64,000 nucleotides of DNA. Origin: a virus. Its lineage: Duplodnaviria; Caudoviricetes. Location: IMG/VR virus record IMGVR_UViG_3300008261_000075, positions 1 through 64,000 of that record, one strand, 5' to 3'. The position numbers and the translations under genes are program-made. A model generated the notes under the pieces. The model saw nothing but the letters and a program-made list of their open reading frames with translations. It did not search any database and was not told where the DNA came from. Below are positions 48,178-56,735 of the stretch, one piece after another. Within the stretch, counting starts at the first letter, position 1; every line of letters begins with the position of its first letter.

Positions 48178-49366
48178 TCTTAAATTCGTAGTAGGCAAAC
48201 TCACCCCATGGTGGAATAATAGTGTCGTTGCCATGAATGATGAATACTGTATCGCAATAGTTTTCATCACCCCACGAACCGTATGGATAACCATCTGTAA
48301 ACATGATAAACTTTTTAGGGTTAATATCGTTTTCTTTCATGTATTCCCAGTTAGCCATAAACTCAGTTCCACCACCGCCTGCTACTTTATAGTCTTCAAA
48401 CTCGTCAATAGTGTATCCGTCAAAGTCTGCTTCGTTATACACAGCAGTGTCAAAACACCATAGTTTGATTTTAAAGTCTTTATATTCTTCCATAATTCCT
48501 TTAATCTCAGTAAGGAAATCTCGAGCTTGATCGTCGCCAATACTTCCGCTCATATCAATGGAGATACAGATATCAATAGTTTCTTGATAGTTCTGACCAG
48601 GAAGAATAGCATTCATATGCCAGCCCTTACGGTTAGGCCGCATAAAACTAAAGTCGTTCTTAATAGTGCTTTGGATTTGTTGACGCAGAATTTGTCTCCA
48701 ATCCATTTTAGGTTCAGTAAGTTCTTTAATCATGCGCTGAATGTTTGCGGGAGTATTTCCCGCACCCGCTGCCTGTGCCGCCTGCACAATAGCTTCACGC
48801 ATCTCGTCTCTAATTTTCTTTAGTTCTTCTTTGCTGTATTGAGGACGATTGCCCTTGCCATCCTGGCTATCACCATCTTGGTTACCCCAGTCTATGTGTT
48901 CATCCAACAGTTGACCTAACGCACTCAATTCTTCATCAGTATGTTTGTCATAAATGTCGTCATAGACCTGTTCTGCACCCCAAGTATAGTATTTAGGATC
49001 GTGAAAGATTTTAATTTCTTTTGGAGGTATCTCTCCAATATGGTCACGGATCAATTGTCCGTTAACGCAATAGTCAGCGGCAATGTTAAAGATTCTATGA
49101 TCGCGGCCTTCGTTACGGCTCAAGTGATCGAATACATTATGTAGGATTTCGTGAGCAATAACAAATTCAATTTGTTTAATGCTTAATTTTTGGAAAAATT
49201 CTCTATTAAAATAGATATGGCGACCATCTGTAGCCGCAGTTGCACACCAATCACTGCCGTCTACAATTTTTAAACGAGTTGCCATGTTACCAAAGAATGG
49301 ATGACGTAGCAACAGTCCAACACGGGCGACAATAATGTTGTCAATGATTGGATCAAGATTAGACAT
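48161..49366 (-). CDS. Metallopeptidase-vWA domain protein (DUF2201-like)
   Basis: TAATDG, HEILH (HExxH), MIDAS DMSGS, GGGTEF, FTDGY. Confidence 0.9.
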   Translation of the reverse strand: MSNLDPIIDNIIVARVGLLLRHPFFGNMATRLKIVDGSDWCATAATDGRHIYFNREFFQKLSIKQIEFVIAHEILHNVFDHLSRNEGRDHRIFNIAADYCVNGQLIRDHIGEIPPKEIKIFHDPKYYTWGAEQVYDDIYDKHTDEELSALGQLLDEHIDWGNQDGDSQDGKGNRPQYSKEELKKIRDEMREAIVQAAQAAGAGNTPANIQRMIKELTEPKMDWRQILRQQIQSTIKNDFSFMRPNRKGWHMNAILPGQNYQETIDICISIDMSGSIGDDQARDFLTEIKGIMEEYKDFKIKLWCFDTAVYNEADFDGYTIDEFEDYKVAGGGGTEFMANWEYMKENDINPKKFIMFTDGYPYGSWGDENYCDTVFIIHGNDTIIPPWGEFAYYEFKNESRV

Positions 49367-49394
49367 TAAATGCTCCTATTTACAATATACTTAT

Positions 49395-49423
49395 ATTATA
49401 ACACCGCCCTAAGGCGGTGTCAA
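49395..49423 (-). promoter_or_regulatory. Sigma70 consensus promoter with internal palindrome
   Basis: TTGACA-17 nt-TATAAT on the minus strand; ACACCGCC-CTAA-GGCGGTGT at 49401-49420; AGGAG RBS downstream. Confidence 0.85.
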
Positions 49424-49428
49424 TCATT

Positions 49429-50526
49429 TTAGCGAACGCTCTTTTCAGTTGCTGCCGAAATGTACTTTCCATACTTTGCATGGAAATCATCAAAACACTT
49501 GATCTCATCTGGATCCAGCGGAAGTTTATATTGGCTCAATGCCAATTTAGTACCCATAATAACTAATTCTGTTTCAAAATTATCCATCATGAACTGGAAA
49601 AAGTTATTAACTTGTAAATCCCAATCTTTAGAACGTTTGTCGTTTGCTTCTTTAAGCTCGTAGCACAGACTAACAGTCAATGAGTACATGGCACTGATTT
49701 CTTTAGTATCCATTTTCTTAACTTTGCCAGACAGGATATCTGTTGGATTAGGCATTTTGCTGGCATGCTTACGGTGTGCCATAAATTTAATAGCAAGACC
49801 TTCGCCAATTGCTCCACAAGTAAGATCAGTAAGTGTACTGTCATCGCAGTCGTCGTCTGTGAGCAGTTCGCTAACGAAAGCCCATGAGCGAGGTGTAGCA
49901 AATGCACGTGAGCTAGACTTTGGGTCAAAGTCGTACAGGTCCTTCTTAGAGAAGGTCAAGAAGCCAACTACGTCTTTATGGATCTTGTTTTCAGTAGCCC
50001 ACTCAAAATAGTCATCCCACTCAACAGTCATTTCCAAGTGAACGAAACGGTTAGCCAACGGCGCAGGCATACGATAGGTAACACCCTTGTCAGTTTCACG
50101 GTTACCAGCGGCAACCATTACAACGTTGTCTGGCAATTCATAAGTGCCTACTTTACGGTTGAGCACTAGCTGATAAGCCGCGGCCTGTACGCTAGGAGCC
50201 GCAGAGTTCATTTCGTCCATAAACAGGATAATTTGTTTATGATTCTTAGCAAATTCTTTGCTTGGCAATTCACCTGGAGGTGCCCAAACCATTGTATTAG
50301 AGTTTGAGTCAAAATATGGAATACCTTTAATGTCGGTAGGTTCCCAAAGTGACAAACGAACGTCGATCACATATGCGTCAAGTTCTGCACCCAACTGTTT
50401 AATAATATCTGACTTACCAATTCCTGGAGGACCCCAAAGGAAGATTGGACGTTTACTGTTAAATGCTTTACGCAGGGATTTTTTAGCGGCTTTAGGACCA
50501 ACGGTACGTGAAATGATCTCGCTCAT
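49429..50526 (-). CDS. MoxR-type AAA+ ATPase
   Basis: GPPGIGKS, LFMDE, AAGNR, LANRF, TPRSW; adjacent to the vWA gene. Confidence 0.9.
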   Translation of the reverse strand: MSEIISRTVGPKAAKKSLRKAFNSKRPIFLWGPPGIGKSDIIKQLGAELDAYVIDVRLSLWEPTDIKGIPYFDSNSNTMVWAPPGELPSKEFAKNHKQIILFMDEMNSAAPSVQAAAYQLVLNRKVGTYELPDNVVMVAAGNRETDKGVTYRMPAPLANRFVHLEMTVEWDDYFEWATENKIHKDVVGFLTFSKKDLYDFDPKSSSRAFATPRSWAFVSELLTDDDCDDSTLTDLTCGAIGEGLAIKFMAHRKHASKMPNPTDILSGKVKKMDTKEISAMYSLTVSLCYELKEANDKRSKDWDLQVNNFFQFMMDNFETELVIMGTKLALSQYKLPLDPDEIKCFDDFHAKYGKYISAATEKSVR

Positions 50527-50573
50527 ATATACTCCAGGGTTAAAAATTGTTAAGAACTATCTGTCTATGTGTT

Positions 50574-50602
50574 ATTATACGACAGTAGCTTAACTAAGTC
50601 AA
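50574..50602 (-). promoter_or_regulatory. Sigma70-type early promoter
   Basis: TTGACT-17 nt-TATAAT upstream of the MoxR gene. Confidence 0.8.
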
Positions 50603-50613
50603 CTGGAATTTTA

Positions 50614-51021
50614 TTAATTTTGGACAGAATCGTCCAAATCTTTTTGGCGTTCTTTCATTGCTTTTACTAGTCCAAATTTTCGAATATCGTCCGAAAATAG
50701 ATAAAGCTCAAAACTTTTCTTTTCTGAGAATACTGTTATGCTTTCGGCAGTCAAATAGTACGGGCAATCAATGTATCGTTCTAAAAATACAATAGTCTGA
50801 GGGCTTAGTTCAATAGATTCGGTAAACGGTATCTCGTAGCTTTTTAAATCCAATTCTTCTAATAGGAATTTAAATCCTTCGTCGCTAAGTCTGAATGCTG
50901 ACTGTTTGCCAACTCTTGTAGATTGCCACCATTTTCGTGAAAACAATTTAACATTGGTGTCATCTGTACCCTTGCCCCATTGTTTGAGAAAAATTTTAGT
51001 TAATGTATCTCTCTCAATCAT
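50614..51021 (-). CDS. Hypothetical phage protein
   Basis: FRLSDEG, IDCPYYL; ATGA overlap with the upstream gene. Confidence 0.7.
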   Translation of the reverse strand: MIERDTLTKIFLKQWGKGTDDTNVKLFSRKWWQSTRVGKQSAFRLSDEGFKFLLEELDLKSYEIPFTESIELSPQTIVFLERYIDCPYYLTAESITVFSEKKSFELYLFSDDIRKFGLVKAMKERQKDLDDSVQN

Positions 51022-51302
51022 TTTTGAATTTCACCTTGCGTTAATTTAACCACTTGGAAATCTTGAGTACCAAAAGTTAGATTAAGTTTTTTAGCAAGGT
51101 TTACAGCATGTCCGGGATTGCTAAAGGATACTTTTTTGTACTTAGGTCCAGGGTAGCTGGTAAGGCTGTTGAATGATTTAAGATTAAACGGCTGTCCTTT
51201 ATAGAAGACTGCCCAAATGGCATCAGCTTCTAAAACTTGTTCAGCTTTATAAGTTTTTTTGTTAACGTACTCTAATAGAACTTTAGGTTTTGGTCTGCTC
51301 AT
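51018..51302 (-). CDS. Hypothetical basic phage protein
   Basis: MSRPKPKVLLE, GPKYKKVSFSNPGHA. Confidence 0.75.
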   Translation of the reverse strand: MSRPKPKVLLEYVNKKTYKAEQVLEADAIWAVFYKGQPFNLKSFNSLTSYPGPKYKKVSFSNPGHAVNLAKKLNLTFGTQDFQVVKLTQGEIQK

Positions 51303-51330
51303 ATGCGTTGTTATCTACGCATATATTTAT
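51301..51330 (-). promoter_or_regulatory. Late promoter overlapping a start-codon-sequestering hairpin
   Basis: ATAAATA at 51324-51330; inverted repeat ATATGCGT (51301-51308) / ACGCATAT (51317-51324). Confidence 0.65.
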
Positions 51331-51356
51331 CATTTTTAACGGTATAAAGTACCAAG

Positions 51357-51602
51357 TTAATCTTTCTGAAAATCTCCACCGTCCATTTCAACAGAAACTA
51401 TATCTGGATTAGATCCTTGTTTTAGTGCATGATACAATGTTTCCCAGTCTCTATTCATGTGCTCTAATACTTCTGCTAGTGCTAGCGAGATTAAACGTGC
51501 CTGTTGCATAGGCAGTTTAACTTCTTTTTGTTGGCTTAATTCCGCAGTTCGTATTTGCTGAATAAACTGTGTTATTGGAGTAGTATTAATCTGATTTTGC
51601 AT
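51357..51602 (-). CDS. Hypothetical protein
   Basis: 81-aa ORF ending VEMDGGDF; overlaps upstream gene. Confidence 0.7.
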   Translation of the reverse strand: MQNQINTTPITQFIQQIRTAELSQQKEVKLPMQQARLISLALAEVLEHMNRDWETLYHALKQGSNPDIVSVEMDGGDFQKD

Positions 51603-52068
51603 TAGCTAACATAACCTTCATTTCAAGTTCACTAGTAAATGGACCTTTATATGGATATCGCTCTACAGTGATTGCTTTTGGACAAAAACTTTTAACCCAA
51701 CCTTTGTCAAATTTAATTACATAGTATCCAGCACAATAAAGACTTTTTGATTTTTCACTTTTAGTAAACAGTGGCAGTTTTCTTCTTACATCGTACATGG
51801 CGTTATACGGATTACAACTAGCCGGATACCCATGACACTCCTTGTTCTCTTCAGTTGAAGTAATCTTCACTTTGGAATTTTTTAAGAAAAAGTCCTTGCC
51901 AAATTGTTTGGTAAGATCATCTTTCTTATTAAACATAAGTTCACCGCCAGTTGAACTGAGCATAAACTTGTTGTTTTCTTTTTTATGTAGTAGACCTACT
52001 TTGACACCGTCTTGTTCAACGATCCAAAATTTTCCATCTATAATAGGCTTAGCATAATATTCTGTCAT
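51586..52068 (-). CDS. Hypothetical phage protein
   Basis: AGGAG RBS; LPLFTKS..S.S.YCAGYY, FCPK. Confidence 0.75.
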   Translation of the reverse strand: MTEYYAKPIIDGKFWIVEQDGVKVGLLHKKENNKFMLSSTGGELMFNKKDDLTKQFGKDFFLKNSKVKITSTEENKECHGYPASCNPYNAMYDVRRKLPLFTKSEKSKSLYCAGYYVIKFDKGWVKSFCPKAITVERYPYKGPFTSELEMKVMLANAKSD

Positions 52069-53088
52069 TTAATTCTCCTGTAATAGCTCACGTATCTCAT
52101 TTGATCTTGTTGGATACTTTGCTTGGAATGGCTCAGCATACGACTGTATGTTGTCTGCAATTTTTTTCATATCCCACGCATTGCAGAATTTTAACATACG
52201 TATACCGACTTGTGTAATGTCCTTAGGTACAGCATGTGTGGCAATTGTTTCTTTAATAATTGTTTTAATTTCGTCGGGCTGTGCAGTCAAGTCGCATAAT
52301 TTAACATTACGAATATAATCATCTAGTACACGATGTTCGACGCCGTTATGGTCAACCCAACGTTGAAGCATGAGATTGTTCCAAGAATATCCTTTGCTCT
52401 TACGATCTTCAAATGCTTCCATTAGCCCCACTTTATTTTTAGAACCTTTTGTACGCACACCGGGATAAGCTGAGAATACATTATCACTAGTATCTCCACG
52501 CATACACTTTTCGAATAGCATCCATTCTGGATCTTGTGCAGGCTTTGGCTCCCCTGTCTTTTTATCTTTAACAGGTTTACCTTTAGCATCAAATATGCCC
52601 TCGTGTGTAATATGTAAATCACCTACGCCGTTATACTGACTAACTGTAGGGCTTACTAATTGTGCAAAATCCCCGTCTGTTGAAATAATAACGTGTTTGT
52701 CAGTTGGATGACTTTGTATCCAGCCTGCAATTAAGTCGTCTGCTTCTAATTGCTGATGTTGCATTACTGTACAATTAGTTTTTTCTGTAATAAAAGTCTT
52801 AAACTCGTCAAACGCTTCCCAGAACAATTTGTCTTCTTCTTGTTCTTTTACAGTCATTGCACTACGAGTTTCCTGTCTGTTGCGTTTATACGGCTGATAA
52901 AAGTCTTTACGCCACGAGCGACCTTCGAGGCAGAACACTACGTGAGTACCGCCGAAGTCGTTCCACGCTTTTTTAATGCTATTGAAAGTAATGTGAAAAG
53001 CCATGCCAAGTTTAATATCAGCACCACCTTGCACCACGTGTCTAGCACGAAAAAACGTGTTAGCAGTATCAACTATAATGTGTGTCAT
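52069..53088 (-). CDS. rnh: T4 RNase H-like 5'-3' exonuclease
   Basis: IVDTAN, SWRK...YK.NR, LEADDLI, STDGDFAQL, GDTSDNV. Confidence 0.9.
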   Translation of the reverse strand: MTHIIVDTANTFFRARHVVQGGADIKLGMAFHITFNSIKKAWNDFGGTHVVFCLEGRSWRKDFYQPYKRNRQETRSAMTVKEQEEDKLFWEAFDEFKTFITEKTNCTVMQHQQLEADDLIAGWIQSHPTDKHVIISTDGDFAQLVSPTVSQYNGVGDLHITHEGIFDAKGKPVKDKKTGEPKPAQDPEWMLFEKCMRGDTSDNVFSAYPGVRTKGSKNKVGLMEAFEDRKSKGYSWNNLMLQRWVDHNGVEHRVLDDYIRNVKLCDLTAQPDEIKTIIKETIATHAVPKDITQVGIRMLKFCNAWDMKKIADNIQSYAEPFQAKYPTRSNEIRELLQEN

Positions 53089-53516
53089 GAAACCTCTGAT
53101 TTGCCTTTTGTTAGCGGAACAACATTAATAAAACCTGCTGTGCGATTTCTTGGATCTAATCCTTGCTCCATAAACATATTACTAGCAAGCTCTCTGAACC
53201 AACGATCCACAATCTCTTCGTCTGGATCACCATCAAAACCGTATCCAGCTTGTTTCAATTGTACTATAAAAAGGTCATTCCAGTCAAGCTCAAAGAAACC
53301 GTTTCTAACGTTATCATGGTTAACATGTGTGTTAAGCACTCCTACCCATGGTTCACCTTTTTTAGTAGCTCGATCTTTTGGAGTAGCTTTAGCTTGCTCT
53401 TCTTTTTGCTGAGCCAATACAGCTTCGGCCGCGGCTTTGTCTCTAGCCGCTTGAAGCTCGGCTTTTTCTATTTCTAGTTTTTCAATTCCAAAAATACGTT
53501 TAATAAATTGTTTCAT
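53085..53516 (-). CDS. Hypothetical phage protein
   Basis: GEPWV, GFFELDWN, IVDRWF; start MKQFIKR at 53516. Confidence 0.7.
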   Translation of the reverse strand: MKQFIKRIFGIEKLEIEKAELQAARDKAAAEAVLAQQKEEQAKATPKDRATKKGEPWVGVLNTHVNHDNVRNGFFELDWNDLFIVQLKQAGYGFDGDPDEEIVDRWFRELASNMFMEQGLDPRNRTAGFINVVPLTKGKSEVS

Positions 53517-54370
53517 TATGTACCCCACTCATTTTTAAACAACGGCACTTGCAAACGGTCACTGTAGCGCCATCCACGTTTCATTGCAGCCAATGCTACA
53601 TTCTTTGCGTTCAGCGTGTACACACTTTCAACGCCGCCTACAGGCATTAGATAAACATGACCTTTAAACCCTGCTTCGCGATATTCCTCCACAGCATGTT
53701 CTGCATCAATAATATCTTCTTCAGTTGCTACTACAAACTTCAAATATGCCGTGCCAACTTCTTCGTACTCGCAAACAATTTCTGGCTTAATTGCATCAAA
53801 CCAATTCTCGCCACTTGCCGGCAGTTTAGCACTTACACTAAAGGTAAGTTCTTTTCCTACTACGCTATTCCATTTTCTTAAATATTCTTTAAACTCTGGT
53901 GTAAGTTTCTGGGTACCGTTTGTTTCAAATGTGATCTCTTTTAATCCGCGCATCTTAGAATTATTCAACAAGTCTGGATAAGCACGTTGCCAGCCTAGCA
54001 AAGGCTCACCGCCTGTAATAACCAAATGTTCATCCTGCCAATCATTATGCGGAATGATTTCCATGATGCGATCTACAATGGCTTCACTAGTAAGCATAGG
54101 ACTAAGATCTTTAAAATCTGGATGCCAGCTGGCATAGCTGTCACAACCAGTGCTAACTAATGGCAAGTCTTCGTATTTTGTAAATGGAGTAATCATTGTA
54201 TGTGTAGCCGCAATGTCTGTTGCTTCGTGACTAATTTCACCACGCGGCATGCCAAACCCACTACATTTAAAGTTACAACCAAATGTACGTAAGAAAACAG
54301 ACGGTACACCCATATACCGTCCTTCACCTTGTATACTATAAAATAATTCTGCAATTTTAATCTTTGACAT
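53516..54370 (-). CDS. queE: 7-carboxy-7-deazaguanine synthase (radical SAM)
   Basis: ELFYSIQGEG, FLRTFGCN, CDS, ITGGEPLL, ETNGT, KFVV, YLMP, RLQ..L. Confidence 0.92.
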   Translation of the reverse strand: MSKIKIAELFYSIQGEGRYMGVPSVFLRTFGCNFKCSGFGMPRGEISHEATDIAATHTMITPFTKYEDLPLVSTGCDSYASWHPDFKDLSPMLTSEAIVDRIMEIIPHNDWQDEHLVITGGEPLLGWQRAYPDLLNNSKMRGLKEITFETNGTQKLTPEFKEYLRKWNSVVGKELTFSVSAKLPASGENWFDAIKPEIVCEYEEVGTAYLKFVVATEEDIIDAEHAVEEYREAGFKGHVYLMPVGGVESVYTLNAKNVALAAMKRGWRYSDRLQVPLFKNEWGT

Positions 54371-54698
54371 TCTGTTTCCTAAATTCTTCTACATCTTTGA
54401 TTGCTAATTGTAACACAGATGCATAGTTTAGTGCAACCTGTTTGGTCATAATAATACAAGATTCAGTTTCAACATAACCTTTGGTTAGCAACTTCCAAAT
54501 ATGTGTCCAACGTCTAGTAGACCAAAAATTTGTTCTTGTTTGGGTATAGACTGTTACTGTAACACCTACGTCCTCCGCCTCTACATCTATAGTATGTGTA
54601 CAGTCGTTATCACCGCATTGGCATACAGCTTTGTACATTTTACTAGAACCCCAATCGTTGATTAGGAGTATACCATTGGCAGGTTCTTGTGCGCTCAT
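54357..54698 (-). CDS. Hypothetical protein (CxC...H motif)
   Basis: VCQCGDNDCTH; coupled ORF. Confidence 0.65.
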   Translation of the reverse strand: MSAQEPANGILLINDWGSSKMYKAVCQCGDNDCTHTIDVEAEDVGVTVTVYTQTRTNFWSTRRWTHIWKLLTKGYVETESCIIMTKQVALNYASVLQLAIKDVEEFRKQNVKD

Positions 54699-55012
54699 CG
54701 TAAGACCTCTAGTGTTGAAATTTTAGCAATCTTTTCACCAAAGTCTTCGTCTTTGCCAATAACATATATTTGATGATCGTGTCTGTCAGTTTTACGGTCA
54801 TAGCGAGTAAACTCTACAACCTTGCCACCTACAGCGTTGTATACTTTGAACTGTAGTGTAGCTTCGCTATCAACGTGAGCACGACCACTGATAGTGCTGA
54901 TAGTATTGCCACGACTCAACTTAGGACTTGGATAACAATCCTCTGGCTGGTCTCTAGCATTTTCCCAATCCTCACGTACCCATTTAACCACCATTCTTTT
55001 AAACCAGTTCAT
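54695..55012 (-). CDS. Hypothetical protein
   Basis: FKVYNAVGGKVVE; ATGA overlaps. Confidence 0.7.
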   Translation of the reverse strand: MNWFKRMVVKWVREDWENARDQPEDCYPSPKLSRGNTISTISGRAHVDSEATLQFKVYNAVGGKVVEFTRYDRKTDRHDHQIYVIGKDEDFGEKIAKISTLEVLR

Positions 55013-55227
55013 TTACAAGTCTCCAACCATTTATCTAAACGATCAACAGCCTCTTCAAAATCAACAGCCCAAACTTTAGCTTCAATTTCTCCGTCGACTA
55101 TTTGCATGTTAAACGGAACAACTCCGTTAAATCTAAAGTCAGCTGGTGTGTTTACACATACAGTAAACTCCTGCAAATTTTTTGCGCGACTAATAAATTG
55201 ATCCATAATATCTTTAGCAGTATCCAT
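55009..55227 (-). CDS. Hypothetical protein
   Basis: Coupled small ORF with RBS. Confidence 0.65.
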   Translation of the reverse strand: MDTAKDIMDQFISRAKNLQEFTVCVNTPADFRFNGVVPFNMQIVDGEIEAKVWAVDFEEAVDRLDKWLETCK

Positions 55228-55733
55228 TATTCTTCCTCAGGTTTAGGGTTATCCGTACTCCACGGCCACGATGTTCTAGGATCCGGCCGCGGTTTAAGTT
55301 TAACGTTTTCTTCAATAACTGTGCCGTCATCTTCGCACAGATCAATTTGATACGGAGCAATGATGTGAACCGCAGTGTCTTCTTCTAGCCAATCATGTTC
55401 CCCGTCAAACAACCAACCAGCGCCACCATCGTAGTAAGCTTCTCGGATAGCTTCTTGTTCTTCTTCACCGATATCATCACTAAACTCAATTTCAATGTTA
55501 ATGCTGTCATCAAACTCACAACCCCAGCCTGCATCAGCTCTAGCATAAGCAACATCATCGCCCTCCCAAGGAAGGTTGCAGTCTAAGTCGCCCTCCACAA
55601 AACCTTGACCCCAACGATAAGTTTCGTCAATGGTAAAAGAACTAATGCTACCGTCTGCATTTTCTCTAAACATTTCTACATGATAGACAATGCTTTTCTT
55701 TTCAAGTGGTTTAATTACATATACTTGGCTCAT
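55227..55733 (-). CDS. Acidic hypothetical protein
   Basis: AAGGA RBS; PLEKKS, YRWGQGF, GAGWLFDGEHDW. Confidence 0.7.
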   Translation of the reverse strand: MSQVYVIKPLEKKSIVYHVEMFRENADGSISSFTIDETYRWGQGFVEGDLDCNLPWEGDDVAYARADAGWGCEFDDSINIEIEFSDDIGEEEQEAIREAYYDGGAGWLFDGEHDWLEEDTAVHIIAPYQIDLCEDDGTVIEENVKLKPRPDPRTSWPWSTDNPKPEEE

Positions 55734-55742
55734 AATTTTTCC

Positions 55743-56423
55743 TTAACGTGGTTTCTTTGTACCCTGATCATCTTTAAATGCGCCTTTAAGTACTGTAGTC
55801 TGTGTTAGACTAGAGTGTGCCATAATACCACGGTTTTCACAACAGCCGTGTGTGGCTTGAATGTATACTGCTACGTTTTCTGAGTTGGTTGCTTTTTGGA
55901 TTTCCCTAGCAATGTCATTACAAAGTTCCTCCTGGAGAGTACCTCTACGGGCACACCACTGAGCGATCCTTGTATACTTGCTAAGTCCGATGAGTTTCTC
56001 AGCCGCAATAATACCAATATAAGCAACGCCAGCAACGGGTTGGTGATGATGGCTACACATACTGCGAAGCTCACTACGAACAACCAACATACCTTGATAA
56101 CGGTCTGTCGAGTCATTTGGAAACGCGGTTGCGTCTGGTGCTGGTTCATATCTTCCTGCCATTATTTCATTAAAGTACATTTTAGCAAGACGTCTTGCTG
56201 TACCTTTGCTGTTAGGATCAGTTTCTCGATCAATCAACAGGGTGTCTAATACTTGTTCAAATGCTGTTGTTGCTTCGTTGATTAAAGAATCTTTTTCAAC
56301 ATCGCTAATGTATTCGCTGATATTGTCGCCAGCCCAGAAACGTTTGTTATTTTGTTTGAGCCTGTTGCGGATAACCTGGCTAAGAGGTCGTCCGTCTTCT
56401 TCTTTATAATGTAGTTCTGACAT
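55743..56423 (-). CDS. folE: GTP cyclohydrolase I (C-terminus apparently clipped)
   Basis: SMCSHH, GLSKYTR, LQEEL, THGCCENRG. Confidence 0.92.
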   Translation of the reverse strand: MSELHYKEEDGRPLSQVIRNRLKQNNKRFWAGDNISEYISDVEKDSLINEATTAFEQVLDTLLIDRETDPNSKGTARRLAKMYFNEIMAGRYEPAPDATAFPNDSTDRYQGMLVVRSELRSMCSHHHQPVAGVAYIGIIAAEKLIGLSKYTRIAQWCARRGTLQEELCNDIAREIQKATNSENVAVYIQATHGCCENRGIMAHSSLTQTTVLKGAFKDDQGTKKPR

Positions 56424-56462
56424 TTATTCTCCGAGTTAGTGTCGTGGATGACATATACTAGT

Positions 56463-56492
56463 AGTATATAGGTTTATTTAGGTCAAGGTCAA
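56463..56492 (-). promoter_or_regulatory. Probable folE promoter(s): sigma70-type plus embedded TAAATA
   Basis: TTGACC-18 nt-TATACT, with TAAATA at 56475-56480 in the spacer. Confidence 0.5.
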
Positions 56493-56503
56493 GTTTTCTC
56501 TGC

Positions 56504-56725
56504 TCAAACATTATCGGGAATTTTGTTTAAGATTTGGCAAAGTGATTTGACATCATCGTTGGTCATGAAGAAATTATAAGTTTGGCTGTCTACAACCTCG
56601 CCATTGTTCAAACTCTCCTGTATAAACTCTACAGAATTATAATCTTCTGGTCTAACACATTTCCAACTTTTAACACGAAGACGGAATCCTTCGCTTTCTT
56701 TAACAACTTCATTTAATACGTTCAT
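56504..56725 (-). CDS. Hypothetical protein
   Basis: AAGGAG RBS before ATG 56725. Confidence 0.7.
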   Translation of the reverse strand: MNVLNEVVKESEGFRLRVKSWKCVRPEDYNSVEFIQESLNNGEVVDSQTYNFFMTNDDVKSLCQILNKIPDNV

Positions 56726-56735
56726 GTATTTCTCC

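Noticed and set aside
49401-49420. Lambda CI/Cro-like operator (CACCGCC)
   Set aside because: Single copy, different symmetry spacing, and no repressor or lysogeny genes in the window.
56424-56462. preQ1-I or THF-II riboswitch
   Set aside because: Lacks the A-rich 3' tail and loop consensus of preQ1-I and the THF-II consensus; kept only as an unclassified hairpin.
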